Positions 1-8,663 of a stretch of 64,000 bases of DNA are shown piece by piece. Source of the DNA: Candidatus Nanoarchaeia archaeon (GTDB taxonomy: Archaea > Nanobdellota > Nanobdellia > Woesearchaeales > GW2011-AR4); the NCBI GenBank assembly GCA_035293285.1, contig DATDOM010000066.1, positions 20,249 through 84,248 on the forward strand, in the 5' to 3' direction. The notes beneath the pieces were generated by a model, which searched no databases, was not told where the DNA came from, and was given only the letters and a program-made list of their open reading frames with translations. The translations under genes and the position numbers were made by a program. Each line of letters opens with the position of its first letter. Positions within the stretch are counted from its first letter, which is position 1.

Positions 1-2
1 TA

Positions 3-257
3 AGGCTCAAATACGGCGTCAAGGAAGAGCTTTTGCCGCTTGTCAGGCTTGAGAACATTGGACGGGTAAGGGCAAGGCTTCTTTTCAAAAACAAAATCAG
101 GGACTTGCAGGGATTAAAAGACATTGATTTGTCGAGCTTAAAGCAGATACTTGGAGAAAAAACTGCAGTTTCAATAAAAAACCAGCTTGGGCAAAGCGCA
201 GAAGAAGTTTCTGAGAATAAAAGAAAAGGGCAGATTAGCCTAAAGGACTGGGACTGA
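3..257 (+). CDS. Hel308/Ski2-type helicase, C-terminal end only (gene starts upstream of window)
   Basis: Frame is open from the window edge. It reads RLKYGVKEELLPLVRLENIGRVRARLLFKNKIRDLQGL..., resembling the helix-hairpin-helix tail of archaeal Hel308. Stop TGA at 255-257. Confidence 0.6.
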   Translation, partial: RLKYGVKEELLPLVRLENIGRVRARLLFKNKIRDLQGLKDIDLSSLKQILGEKTAVSIKNQLGQSAEEVSENKRKGQISLKDWD

Positions 258-258
258 T

Positions 259-1011
259 TTATTTTTTAGTTTCGTAAACAACAGATTTATTTCTGCCGGA
301 ATTTTTTGCCGAATACAATGCCGAGTCTGCATTTTTTAATACTTCATGAGGAGATTCCTTCATTTTATTATCTGCTATCCCAATGCTTACAGTTATTGAG
401 TCAAGGTTGCTTAAATCAACAGATATCTCTCTTTTTTGCAAATCAGCCTTTATGTAATTCACAGCTTCATTCCGGATTTTTTCCCTCAATCTTTCTGCGA
501 TTTTCAGGGCATTTTTAGCGTCAACATTGTTTAATTCTATGTAGAATTCTTCTCCGCCGTATCTTGAAACATAAGACTCACGCAGGGTTTCCTGAACTAT
601 TTTTACGATGTTTTGGATTACATAGTCTCCTATCTGGTGGCCGTTATTGTCATTAACTTTTTTAAAATTATCTATGTCGACCATCAGAACTGAATAAATA
701 GAATCTGACGCCCTAAGGTTAGATTCCATGTGCATCCGGTTATAAGCGCCCGTAAGGCCGTCCCTTTCTGCCATATACTGTGCCTGCACTATTGCAGGCC
801 GCTGCAAAGTAGTTACTATCTCAAAAACATCATTATCAAAAGTTACTGTGTCTAAGTCTAGATTGATGAAAGTTGATATTCTGTTAAGATACCCCAATAC
901 TTCAAATGGATTATTTTGCAGCGTAGTAACGTCAGAAATAACCCTATCCCTGGTTATACGGCCTTCTGCAATTATATCCTGCACCAATGAGTCTACTGAT
1001 GGGCTTTTCAT
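259..1011 (-). CDS. GGDEF-domain diguanylate cyclase-like protein
   Basis: 250 aa. Motifs DGLTGAYNR, MVDIDNFKKVNDNNGHQIGD and RYGGEEF. About 80 aa of unassigned N-terminal region. Confidence 0.85.
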   Translation of the reverse strand: MKSPSVDSLVQDIIAEGRITRDRVISDVTTLQNNPFEVLGYLNRISTFINLDLDTVTFDNDVFEIVTTLQRPAIVQAQYMAERDGLTGAYNRMHMESNLRASDSIYSVLMVDIDNFKKVNDNNGHQIGDYVIQNIVKIVQETLRESYVSRYGGEEFYIELNNVDAKNALKIAERLREKIRNEAVNYIKADLQKREISVDLSNLDSITVSIGIADNKMKESPHEVLKNADSALYSAKNSGRNKSVVYETKK

Positions 1012-1088
1012 ATATCACTCAATAAAAACATCATTTATAAAGCTTTCGTTTTTGTTACTATATTTTAGTAGTAATAATTTTATAGAAT

Positions 1089-1346
1089 TTATGGTTTGTA
1101 CTGCTCTTTGACCCTTAAGACTTCTGTTGAAATTTCTGACGCCTGGCTTCCATTAAGACTGTAGATGGTCCACCAGCCAGTATTGCCTCCAAGTATTTGT
1201 TCAACAATTCTTTGCTGGTCGTTAGGGCCTATCCTATATCGCTGTAAAGCTGAACTTGCATTGTCGCATACATACCTGACCATTTTTGCGTCAAGCTGAG
1301 TTACTGTTCTTTCAATTGTCATAATGCCCGGTAAGTCTTTTTTCAA
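1089..1346 (-). CDS. hypothetical protein (85 aa)
   Basis: ORF only, no recognisable motif. Confidence 0.35.
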   Translation of the reverse strand: MKKDLPGIMTIERTVTQLDAKMVRYVCDNASSALQRYRIGPNDQQRIVEQILGGNTGWWTIYSLNGSQASEISTEVLRVKEQYKP

Positions 1347-1421
1347 TATAAACTTATTGAGTATTCACAGGCTGTTGCATTCAACAACATTTATAATAAG
1401 ATATTTTTACCTCTAGATAAT

Positions 1422-1495
1422 GCCCGTGTAGTGCAGCCTGGATAACACGCAAGCTTGCGGAGCTTGAAACCGGAGTTCAAATCTTCGCACGGGCG
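1422..1495 (+). tRNA. tRNA-Arg (anticodon GCG)
   Basis: Cloverleaf read by eye. Acceptor GCCCGTG/CACGGGC, anticodon stem CAAGC/GCTTG with loop TTGCGGA, T-arm CGGAG-TTCAAAT-CTTCG. No encoded CCA. Confidence 0.85.
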
Positions 1496-1540
1496 TTAAA
1501 TTTAAACTCTGAAGGCAAACTTCCATAATTCGAAAGTTGG

Positions 1541-2578
1541 GTGGTGAAATTAGTCATGGAAGAAATAGAATTTTGGAAAGAAAATGATACATTGCGGCGT
1601 ATATGGGACCCATTGCATGAGCTGCCGCGTTGGATTAATCCATACGAGGAAGATTCATACCGTTATTATTACGGATCTTTGCACATTTTTAATGAGTCTC
1701 TTCAAAAGACGATGTCCAAGTTTCTTGGGTTTATGAAATACGGATTTCAAGAGCATTATGCGCTGACAGCCACAGGAAGTGACGGACGCTTCGAAAAAGG
1801 CCCTCAGTCAAAAATAGAAATATTAATGCTTAAAAAGGAAGGCAGTGAATTTGATGAGGAAATAAGGGAATTTGAAGATAAACTGAAACACCCGCCATTC
1901 GCTTATTTTTTTGATTCTTTGGAAGTAAAAAATCTTGACAGCCACACGCTTAGTTATTTTCGCAATGATCCAAAAAGAGTGCACCCTACCAGAATGTTTG
2001 ATATGAGATTTTTGGGAGGCAATAGAGCTTTAATGGAAGAGGCTTATAATGTGCTATTTCGTGAAATTACAGAAGAAGAAGGCGCCAGAATCAGACATTA
2101 TGTAAGAGACTCAAAAGACATAGCAAAAAAAGTTATGAAGAGGGGCAAGCAAAGTTTTGGAGGCGAAACCTTTACACATTATGACCTTGAAAGTGGCATA
2201 GCCTACTATGGACCTAGAGAGAATGAAAGAGGAATGTTTACTTCTTTTAAGAATGGTCCGTTAAGGTACATTCAATATGAATTTGCTGACGAACTGATAA
2301 AATACCTAAGAAGCACGCAAGATGAGGGGGCGCTACATAATCTTCCAAAAGGCACAATAGAGAGATTTCTCATGTTGGAACCCGGAGTCACCACAAAACT
2401 TTCTCCCTCGGAAATTTCGGATATTGTCGATAACTATGCATATTTCCTGCATCTCCTTCACATGTCGGAATTCAAATATAGGAACGGCAATGGAATGACA
2501 AGTTTTTATGTTCCGGAAGTAAAAGAAAGGATTAATGCGCTTGAATCAATTATGAGAAATGGTGTTCTTAAATATTAA
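1541..2578 (+). CDS. GlnD/DUF294-like nucleotidyltransferase-fold protein, atypical active site
   Basis: 345 aa, GTG start at 1541 (ATG alternative at 1556). ALTATGSDGRFEKGPQSKIEILML aligns with the G-x2-GR-x-E-x2-P-x-S-D-I-D-L motif of pol-beta type NTases, but has K-I-E in place of D-I-D. Confidence 0.5.
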   Translation: MVKLVMEEIEFWKENDTLRRIWDPLHELPRWINPYEEDSYRYYYGSLHIFNESLQKTMSKFLGFMKYGFQEHYALTATGSDGRFEKGPQSKIEILMLKKEGSEFDEEIREFEDKLKHPPFAYFFDSLEVKNLDSHTLSYFRNDPKRVHPTRMFDMRFLGGNRALMEEAYNVLFREITEEEGARIRHYVRDSKDIAKKVMKRGKQSFGGETFTHYDLESGIAYYGPRENERGMFTSFKNGPLRYIQYEFADELIKYLRSTQDEGALHNLPKGTIERFLMLEPGVTTKLSPSEISDIVDNYAYFLHLLHMSEFKYRNGNGMTSFYVPEVKERINALESIMRNGVLKY

Positions 2579-4464
2579 ACAATATTAACATTGATTATTT
2601 GCTCTGCTGTGTCTATTCCGTCACTGACTTTTACTACAACTCTTTTTGGCCCTTTGGTTGTGAATTTTCTCAGGTGGCTCTTGGTCCCCTTGTAAGTATC
2701 CAAAAACCCAAAGTTCCAGGTATACTCAAGATTGTCCCCGTCATCGTCAACTGCATCTACAACCATCAGCACAGGCTGGTTTAGCCTTGCAGTGACTGTC
2801 TTTGTTGCGTTTATTATTCTTGGCTTCATGTTAACATCTTTTATTTCTGCTGCTACCACCTGCTTTGCAAAGGATTCTTTGTCGCGTGCAACAAAAACCA
2901 GGTTAATGGTTTTAGTCTGGCCTTTTGAAGAAAATTCATTAGGCACGTTCCAGTAGAAGACGCTTTCTTTGACAGAAGCATCCTCTGGCAGGTTTTCCAC
3001 ATCAAAAGTTACTTCGTCTCCGTCTGGGTCTTCTGCTTTCAGTATTATTGCAATCAAATCTCCCTCTGATGCTGTTATTTTCCTGATTTTTTCAAAAACA
3101 GGCGCCCTGTTTGTGTTCTGTATTTCTATGTCAATATTTTCCGAGGTCTGTGACATTCCGTCGCTTGCTGTTATGGTCTCTGCGTACTTGCCTGCCTTGT
3201 CAAATCCTGCAACATAAGTTTTCTTGCCAGTCAGACCGGAATATGATAATTTGATTTTGTCCCCGTCAAGATCATAGGCAACAGGGTTAAGCTCAAGTGA
3301 CTGGCCTTCGCTTATTTTTATGTCATCCATTTCTTCCATCACAGGCGGCCTGTTTTCATCCTTGACCGTTATTATTGCATTCTGGACCACTTTTAAGTCC
3401 TTTGAGGATGCTGAGAACTGCACATAGAATGTTTTTGTAAGCGGTCCAAACTTGTCCACAATCCAGTCAACAAAATTCTGGCGCCTTACTGTGTCAAAGT
3501 CCGGTTTCCAGGTAAACTTGTTGCCATCAAATTCTGCGCCCTGGGGAAGACCTTCTGCAGAATAAGTAACCCTGTCTCCGTCGGGATCTTCTGCTTTCAG
3601 GGCAATCTCGAGCGTTTCGTCCTCGTTTATGAACTTGCTTTCAAGATTTTCCATCACAGGCGGCCTGTCAAGATTGTTTACCCTAAGCTCAACGGTCTTT
3701 GTTTTTTCGTATCCTTTTCCTTCAACCTTTACTTTAATGAAGTAAAGCCCGGAGTCATCATAGCCAGTCTGCCATTCGGTTTTATCGGCAAGTATTCCTG
3801 AAACAGTGTAAGTTAGGCCATATTGTGAAAAATCGGGAAGTGAAAGCATTGCAATTTCTGTCTCGCTTATTTCAATATTAGGAATTGAGTCTACAACCGA
3901 GTCAATGTCAACGTCGGCAACATTTGCTTCCCATTCAAAGCCTGATTTTAGTTTTCCGTCAGAAACAGTTACTTCTACCTTATGCGAGCCGCTGTCTTTG
4001 TATCCAGGCTTGTAAGTAAATTCTTGGGATTCAGAAGCTGCCTTTCCGTCCACTTTCCAGTTGTATGAAAGCTCGTCCTTGTTTAAGTCAATTGCAGAAA
4101 CTCTGAAATTTACCGACTCTGCCTCGCTTATTGAAATCCTGCTTTCAGAAGGCTTGGTAATCTCTATCTTGGGCGGCTCCTCTTTTCTTTGCACGACTAT
4201 GATAATTTCTTTTGACACAGAGCTCTCTCCGTCTGAGACTGTAACAGAAGATTTGTATTCACCTGCATCGCCGTAGGTTGTCTGCCACTGCCCGCTTTGA
4301 TTAAGGGGAGGAGAATAAGTTATTGTTGTTTGGTCTCCGTCGGGGTCGTTTTCATTAGTTTCAAGCGAGATTTTTTCGGTTTCCTTGATTGTGAATTTAT
4401 CCGCAGAGTATACCAACTGCACGAGCAATAGAATTAATAATATTCCCACAATCCTTTTTTTCAT
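2575..4464 (-). CDS. secreted multi-domain Ig-like (PKD/cadherin-like) repeat protein
   Basis: 629 aa. N-terminal hydrophobic signal (ILLILLLVQLVYSA). Repeated ~90-aa modules with DPDGD, Y.W..DG and TVSDG motifs. Confidence 0.75.
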   Translation of the reverse strand: MKKRIVGILLILLLVQLVYSADKFTIKETEKISLETNENDPDGDQTTITYSPPLNQSGQWQTTYGDAGEYKSSVTVSDGESSVSKEIIIVVQRKEEPPKIEITKPSESRISISEAESVNFRVSAIDLNKDELSYNWKVDGKAASESQEFTYKPGYKDSGSHKVEVTVSDGKLKSGFEWEANVADVDIDSVVDSIPNIEISETEIAMLSLPDFSQYGLTYTVSGILADKTEWQTGYDDSGLYFIKVKVEGKGYEKTKTVELRVNNLDRPPVMENLESKFINEDETLEIALKAEDPDGDRVTYSAEGLPQGAEFDGNKFTWKPDFDTVRRQNFVDWIVDKFGPLTKTFYVQFSASSKDLKVVQNAIITVKDENRPPVMEEMDDIKISEGQSLELNPVAYDLDGDKIKLSYSGLTGKKTYVAGFDKAGKYAETITASDGMSQTSENIDIEIQNTNRAPVFEKIRKITASEGDLIAIILKAEDPDGDEVTFDVENLPEDASVKESVFYWNVPNEFSSKGQTKTINLVFVARDKESFAKQVVAAEIKDVNMKPRIINATKTVTARLNQPVLMVVDAVDDDGDNLEYTWNFGFLDTYKGTKSHLRKFTTKGPKRVVVKVSDGIDTAEQIINVNIV

Positions 4465-4507
4465 TTATTCCCCCAAACCAAAAAAGAAAAGATAAAAAAA
4501 TGCAGAA

Positions 4508-6286
4508 TTATTTTTTCTGCACTATGTCTGTTATCACTGGCGGCCTGTTGACATTTTCAACCATGACCTTGAAGGCCTTGGATGTTGTGTCCTGCCCGTC
4601 ACTGACACTCACTATCACATCATAAGCGCCCGCGCTTGAGTAATCGGTTTGCCAGGTGAAAACATTGTCTTCCTGCTTGAACCTGCTGTCGCTTATTGAG
4701 TAAGTGAGTTTATCCCTGTCTTCATCAGTTGCAAGGGCAGTTATTACAATCTTGTCTGTTTCCTTGGCGCTGATGTCATTAACATTTTCAAGCACAGGCT
4801 TTCTGTTTACATTATCAACTTCAACTGACCAGATTTTGCTGGCAACTGAAATTCCATCAGTGACATCAGCCTTGACTGTGTGAGTCCCTGCATCATCATA
4901 AGTTGAACTGTAGGTATACTCGCTTTCGGTTCCTGCTTCCTTGCCGTCAAGCTTCCACGAGTATGACAACGGGTCTTTGTTAAGGTCGCTTGCAGACAAG
5001 CTGAATTTCAAGGATTCAGTTTCCTGAATCTTTAGCCCGGTTTCAAGCGGCTTTGCCGAGTCTATAGCCGGCGCTTCCTCTTTCTTGTTTACAATTATTA
5101 ATACATCCCTCTGGGTTGCTGACTCTCCGTCTGATGCAGTCACAGAAACGGTGTACTCGCCTGCATCGCCGTAGGTTGTCTGCCATTGGCCATTTTGGTC
5201 AAGGGGCGAAGTAAAAGTAAATCCTATCTTGTTGTCCTGGTCAGGGTCCTCTGCTTTTGTCTGAAGCTCAACCTTTTCTGTTTCAGATACAACAACGACA
5301 ACCGGCTTTTCATCCGACTTGATTACTTCCTGAGGCACTTTGACTTCGTCATTAGGAGTTTCCTCTGGAACTTCGGTTTGAGTTTCTGTTTCTTCATTTA
5401 CATCCCCAGATGGAGCTTCATCTGTTTTATCTTCTGAAGGCATTGCTCCTTCATTCTCCTTTTCATCAGGAACTGTTTCCTCGACCTCTTCATCCGGAGC
5501 TTCTTCTGTTTCTTTTTCGACAAAAACGTCCTGCTCGGGGAATCCAAGTGCAATGTGATCTTCCATCTTCACGTCAACATCAAAAGATTCTACGTCTTTT
5601 TTCTCTTTTGGTAAAAGGAAAGCAAGCTGTGTATGGGTATCCATTCCAAATTCGCCCGGTTCTGCGCCATGTGTTTTTCCGTCGCTTTGGTATGCAAGAC
5701 CGACGAGTGAAATTGATTTTTCAGTGCTTGACGCAAGCGGTGCCATTTCTACGCTAAACTTTGCGCTGCCTTTATTGTCTGCAGTGAATGAATTTTGTGA
5801 GCCATCCGCTTTTCCGCACGGCATGACTTCCATTTTGTATTCCGGAGGCAGGATTAATTTAGAGCACCATAGTGTATAAACTCCATCAGGAACCAAGTTG
5901 GAAAATTCGAGAGAAAGTGTTGCTTTGCCATCCTTTACCGAGTATTTTCCATTTCCTTCCCCCATAAGCCATTGTTCAAGCGTGAATCCAAGGGATTTAC
6001 CGGCGTCATATGGGCCAAGAGGGTTTTCTGAAAGCTTTAGAGGGTCGTGGGCGACATAATCTTTGGAAGCATATACTTCCTGATTCAAAAACTCAGGATT
6101 TTTTGCGTCATCGCCTTCAATACGCCAAACTTTTTCAGCAGCCTGCGGCCCAGTGTCTTTTGTCTTGCCTTCAGAGGAAACTGTGTTTCCTGTCGGACTA
6201 TAAAGGGTATTGTAAACTTCGCAGCTGCTCAACAAGAACATAGAAAGTATCATCAACACTACAAGAGATTTTGTTTTAAAATTCAT
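4508..6286 (-). CDS. secreted lipoprotein-like protein with PKD-like repeats
   Basis: 592 aa. Lipobox-like LLSSC, unique ~230-aa N-domain, acidic E/D/P/T linker, then 3 PKD-like modules paralogous to those in 2575-4464. Confidence 0.75.
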   Translation of the reverse strand: MNFKTKSLVVLMILSMFLLSSCEVYNTLYSPTGNTVSSEGKTKDTGPQAAEKVWRIEGDDAKNPEFLNQEVYASKDYVAHDPLKLSENPLGPYDAGKSLGFTLEQWLMGEGNGKYSVKDGKATLSLEFSNLVPDGVYTLWCSKLILPPEYKMEVMPCGKADGSQNSFTADNKGSAKFSVEMAPLASSTEKSISLVGLAYQSDGKTHGAEPGEFGMDTHTQLAFLLPKEKKDVESFDVDVKMEDHIALGFPEQDVFVEKETEEAPDEEVEETVPDEKENEGAMPSEDKTDEAPSGDVNEETETQTEVPEETPNDEVKVPQEVIKSDEKPVVVVVSETEKVELQTKAEDPDQDNKIGFTFTSPLDQNGQWQTTYGDAGEYTVSVTASDGESATQRDVLIIVNKKEEAPAIDSAKPLETGLKIQETESLKFSLSASDLNKDPLSYSWKLDGKEAGTESEYTYSSTYDDAGTHTVKADVTDGISVASKIWSVEVDNVNRKPVLENVNDISAKETDKIVITALATDEDRDKLTYSISDSRFKQEDNVFTWQTDYSSAGAYDVIVSVSDGQDTTSKAFKVMVENVNRPPVITDIVQKK

Positions 6287-6331
6287 AATTCACCACTCCT
6301 CCGATCTTTTTTGCATTAGGAAATAATTATT

Positions 6332-6353
6332 GTTGCTATTTTAAAATAGCAAC
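6332..6353. promoter_or_regulatory. perfect 22-bp palindrome upstream of the 4508-6286 gene
   Basis: GTTGCTATTTTAAAATAGCAAC equals its own reverse complement. It lies about 46 bp upstream of the start codon at 6286. Confidence 0.35.
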
Positions 6354-6617
6354 TTATATTTAAACTTTATGGTGGTTAATAAAAATTCCTTAAAATAAAT
6401 TCGTTTTTTGCTATCGACAAGTAACGCCATGAAATTTTCAATACTGAAAAAATTGGCAAATTGAATTCAAACGCTTTTTGCGGCAAAATTAAAACCCCTG
6501 GATTCTATAATAATTAGTATTGAAAAAATTATGGTTTATTATAGGATAATAACTGGTAACAAATGTTCTTTCAGGAGTGGGGAATCAAGTGTCATCTATT
6601 GGAATATGAATAGTGAA

Positions 6618-6692
6618 TGGGCCTGGGCAGATTCGAACTGCCGACCTCTGCCTTATCAGAGCAGCGCTCTAACCAGGCTGAGCTACAGGCCC
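6618..6692 (-). tRNA. tRNA-Ile (anticodon GAT)
   Basis: The reverse complement reads GGGCCTGTAGCTCAGCCTGGTTAGAGCG-CTGCT-CTGATAA-GGCAG-...GGTCGGCAGTTCGAATCTGCCCAGGCCC. Confidence 0.9.
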
Positions 6693-6827
6693 AACAGGAA
6701 TGTTTTGAAAAGCTGGTTGGTTTATAAAGTTTATTGGGAAAGTTGAAGCCAGTTTGATAAAAAATAATTTTTAAATTAGAGTTGATTTTATTGCAGTTTG
6801 ACAAATTAAAGAGTACGCTCAAATGAT

Positions 6828-6900
6828 AGGCCTCGCCATTTGCTCGGCGTACATTGCGCTGTAACCTTCCTGATTCGCCTGCATTTGGGCGAAGGTTAAT
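6828..6900 (+). repeat. GC-hairpin mosaic repeat, copy 1 (modules A-B)
   Basis: AGGCCTCGCCATTTGCTCGGCGTACAT followed by the hairpin TTCGCC-TGCATTT-GGGCGAA. Matches the other copies. Confidence 0.7.
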
Positions 6901-6914
6901 GAAAGAAATAAAAC

Positions 6915-7220
6915 TTATCTCAAATCTTTTACAGAATCCATTATCAAATCTTTTATTTTCTGCACTTCTTCTTTTTTGACTTCCTTAAACCAAAGCTGGT
7001 CCGGATATATTACAATTGTTGCGCCATTCCTGTTGCAAAAGCCAAGGCAGCCTGTCCTTGTCACCCATATAATTGAGCGAAGGCCTTTTTCTCTCACGAA
7101 ATTTTTTAATTCATGGTAGATTTCAAGGCTCCCAGTTTCAGAGCAGCATTCCCTGCCGTCAGTTCTTTCATTGGTGCATACAAGAATATGTTTTATCGGC
7201 CTTAATTGGATTTGTTGCAT
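6915..7220 (-). CDS. thioredoxin-like [2Fe-2S] ferredoxin
   Basis: The ATG at 7220 gives MQQIQLRPIKHILVCTNER. Cys pattern VCTNERTDGRECC...GCLGFCNRNG. The longer tracked ORF would overlap tRNA-Asn. Confidence 0.7.
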   Translation of the reverse strand: MQQIQLRPIKHILVCTNERTDGRECCSETGSLEIYHELKNFVREKGLRSIIWVTRTGCLGFCNRNGATIVIYPDQLWFKEVKKEEVQKIKDLIMDSVKDLR

Positions 7221-7229
7221 TTTAAAAAG

Positions 7230-7302
7230 CGCCTCCGACCAGACTCGAACTGGTGACCCCATGATTAACAGTCATGTGCTCTACCTGCTGAGCTACGGAG
7301 GC
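7230..7302 (-). tRNA. tRNA-Asn (anticodon GTT)
   Basis: The reverse complement reads GCCTCCGTAGCTCAGCAGGTAGAGCA-CATGA-CTGTTAA-TCATG-GGGTCACCAGTTCGAGTCTGGTCGGAGGCG. Confidence 0.9.
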
Positions 7303-7443
7303 AGAAGAGCTTAGAGGTTGAAAGTTTTGTTTAAATAGGTTTCGTTGAAAATTATTGTATTTGTTTTAAAGGGAGAAACTAAAACCGGCCTTCGGCGAAT
7401 GTTAGGCTCGCGCAATGGCTCGCATTATTGATGAACGGACAAT

Positions 7444-8622
7444 ATGGACAAATTTTTATACGGCAATAACAAAGTTGGAGAAATGCCAAAGAAAGAATCA
7501 AAAAAGACTGTGAGGGCTTTTGCGTTTGCTTCTTTTTTTAACGATATGGGCTCTGACATAATCGCTCCAATCTGGCCGCTGTTTGTAACTACATTTGCCG
7601 GCGCAAACATGCAGGTGCTTGGGCTTATCGACGGGATTGGAGAAGCTATCGTTTCAATTTCCCAGGCAGTTTCAGGATATCTTTCTGACCGCCTCAAGAA
7701 AAGAAAATTTTTTATTTGGTTAGGGTATTTATTCGGCGGCCTTTCGAGAATCGGATACGCACTTTCAACTGCGTGGCAGCATCTGATTCCATTCAGGATT
7801 CTTGACAGAGGAGGTAAAATAAGAAATTCCCCAAGAGATGCAATAGTTGCAGATTTGTCAGGAAAAGAAAAGGGCAAGAATTTTGGGTTCATAAGGGCCT
7901 TTGACAATCTTGGCGCTGTTTGCGGCATTTTGATAAGTATTTTCTTTTTAGGATTTTTTGGCTACAAAAAAATGTTTTTGCTTGCGGCAATTCCATCCGT
8001 TATTGCCGTCGCTATTGTCTTGATATTTGTAAAGGAAAGGAAGAACCACATAAAACTTCATAAAGGAATGTCGCTAAAAAACCTAAGCCCTCGGCTGAAA
8101 GTGTTTCTAGTTTCAAGCTCGCTTTTTTCGCTAAGCGCATTTAGCTATTCGTTTTTGCTCATTTATGCAAAAAATTTCGGATTTAAAATTGCAACAATAC
8201 CTGTATTATATTTGGTGTTTACTGCGGTTGCGTCTGCAACTTCAATTTATTTTGGCAAATTGTCAGATAAAGTTGGCAGGAAAAATATTTTGTATCTTGC
8301 TTATTTTTTTTGGATAATCAGCTGCGGGGCGTTTATCATTTTGCAAAGTTATTTTACAATAGTTTTAGCATTTGTCTTTTATGGGCTGCATAAAGGGGCA
8401 TTTGAGCCGGTGCAGAGGGCATTTGTTTCAGAGCTTTCTGTCCCGAGATTTAGGGCAAGCACGCTTGGAGGATTTCAGATGGTAATAGGGCTGATTGCAC
8501 TTCCCGCTTCGTTCCTGGCAGGGATTTTGTGGAGCAAAGTGAGCGTCAGCGCGCCGTTTTATTTTGCTATTGGACTGACTCTAATGTCTATGGTTATCTT
8601 GATCTTTGTAAAAGAAAAATAG
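7444..8622 (+). CDS. MFS-type transporter
   Basis: 392 aa, about 12 hydrophobic spans, with a GxLSDRLxKRK-like loop (GYLSDRLKKRKF) after TM2. Confidence 0.75.
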   Translation: MDKFLYGNNKVGEMPKKESKKTVRAFAFASFFNDMGSDIIAPIWPLFVTTFAGANMQVLGLIDGIGEAIVSISQAVSGYLSDRLKKRKFFIWLGYLFGGLSRIGYALSTAWQHLIPFRILDRGGKIRNSPRDAIVADLSGKEKGKNFGFIRAFDNLGAVCGILISIFFLGFFGYKKMFLLAAIPSVIAVAIVLIFVKERKNHIKLHKGMSLKNLSPRLKVFLVSSSLFSLSAFSYSFLLIYAKNFGFKIATIPVLYLVFTAVASATSIYFGKLSDKVGRKNILYLAYFFWIISCGAFIILQSYFTIVLAFVFYGLHKGAFEPVQRAFVSELSVPRFRASTLGGFQMVIGLIALPASFLAGILWSKVSVSAPFYFAIGLTLMSMVILIFVKEK

Positions 8623-8663
8623 ATCATATTTTGTATTATATCTGCCGGAATTTTAACTATATT

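Noticed and set aside
6531-6822. ORFs 6531-6746 (+) and 6592-6822 (-) in the tRNA-Ile region.
   Set aside because: Both run straight through a well-formed tRNA-Ile gene and AT-rich spacer. They have no protein-like features.
6915-7262. Tracked 115-aa form of the ferredoxin ORF, extending 14 codons further upstream.
   Set aside because: The extension (MGSPVRVWSEALFK) overlaps the tRNA-Asn gene at 7230-7302. The ferredoxin-like sequence starts at the internal ATG at 7220.
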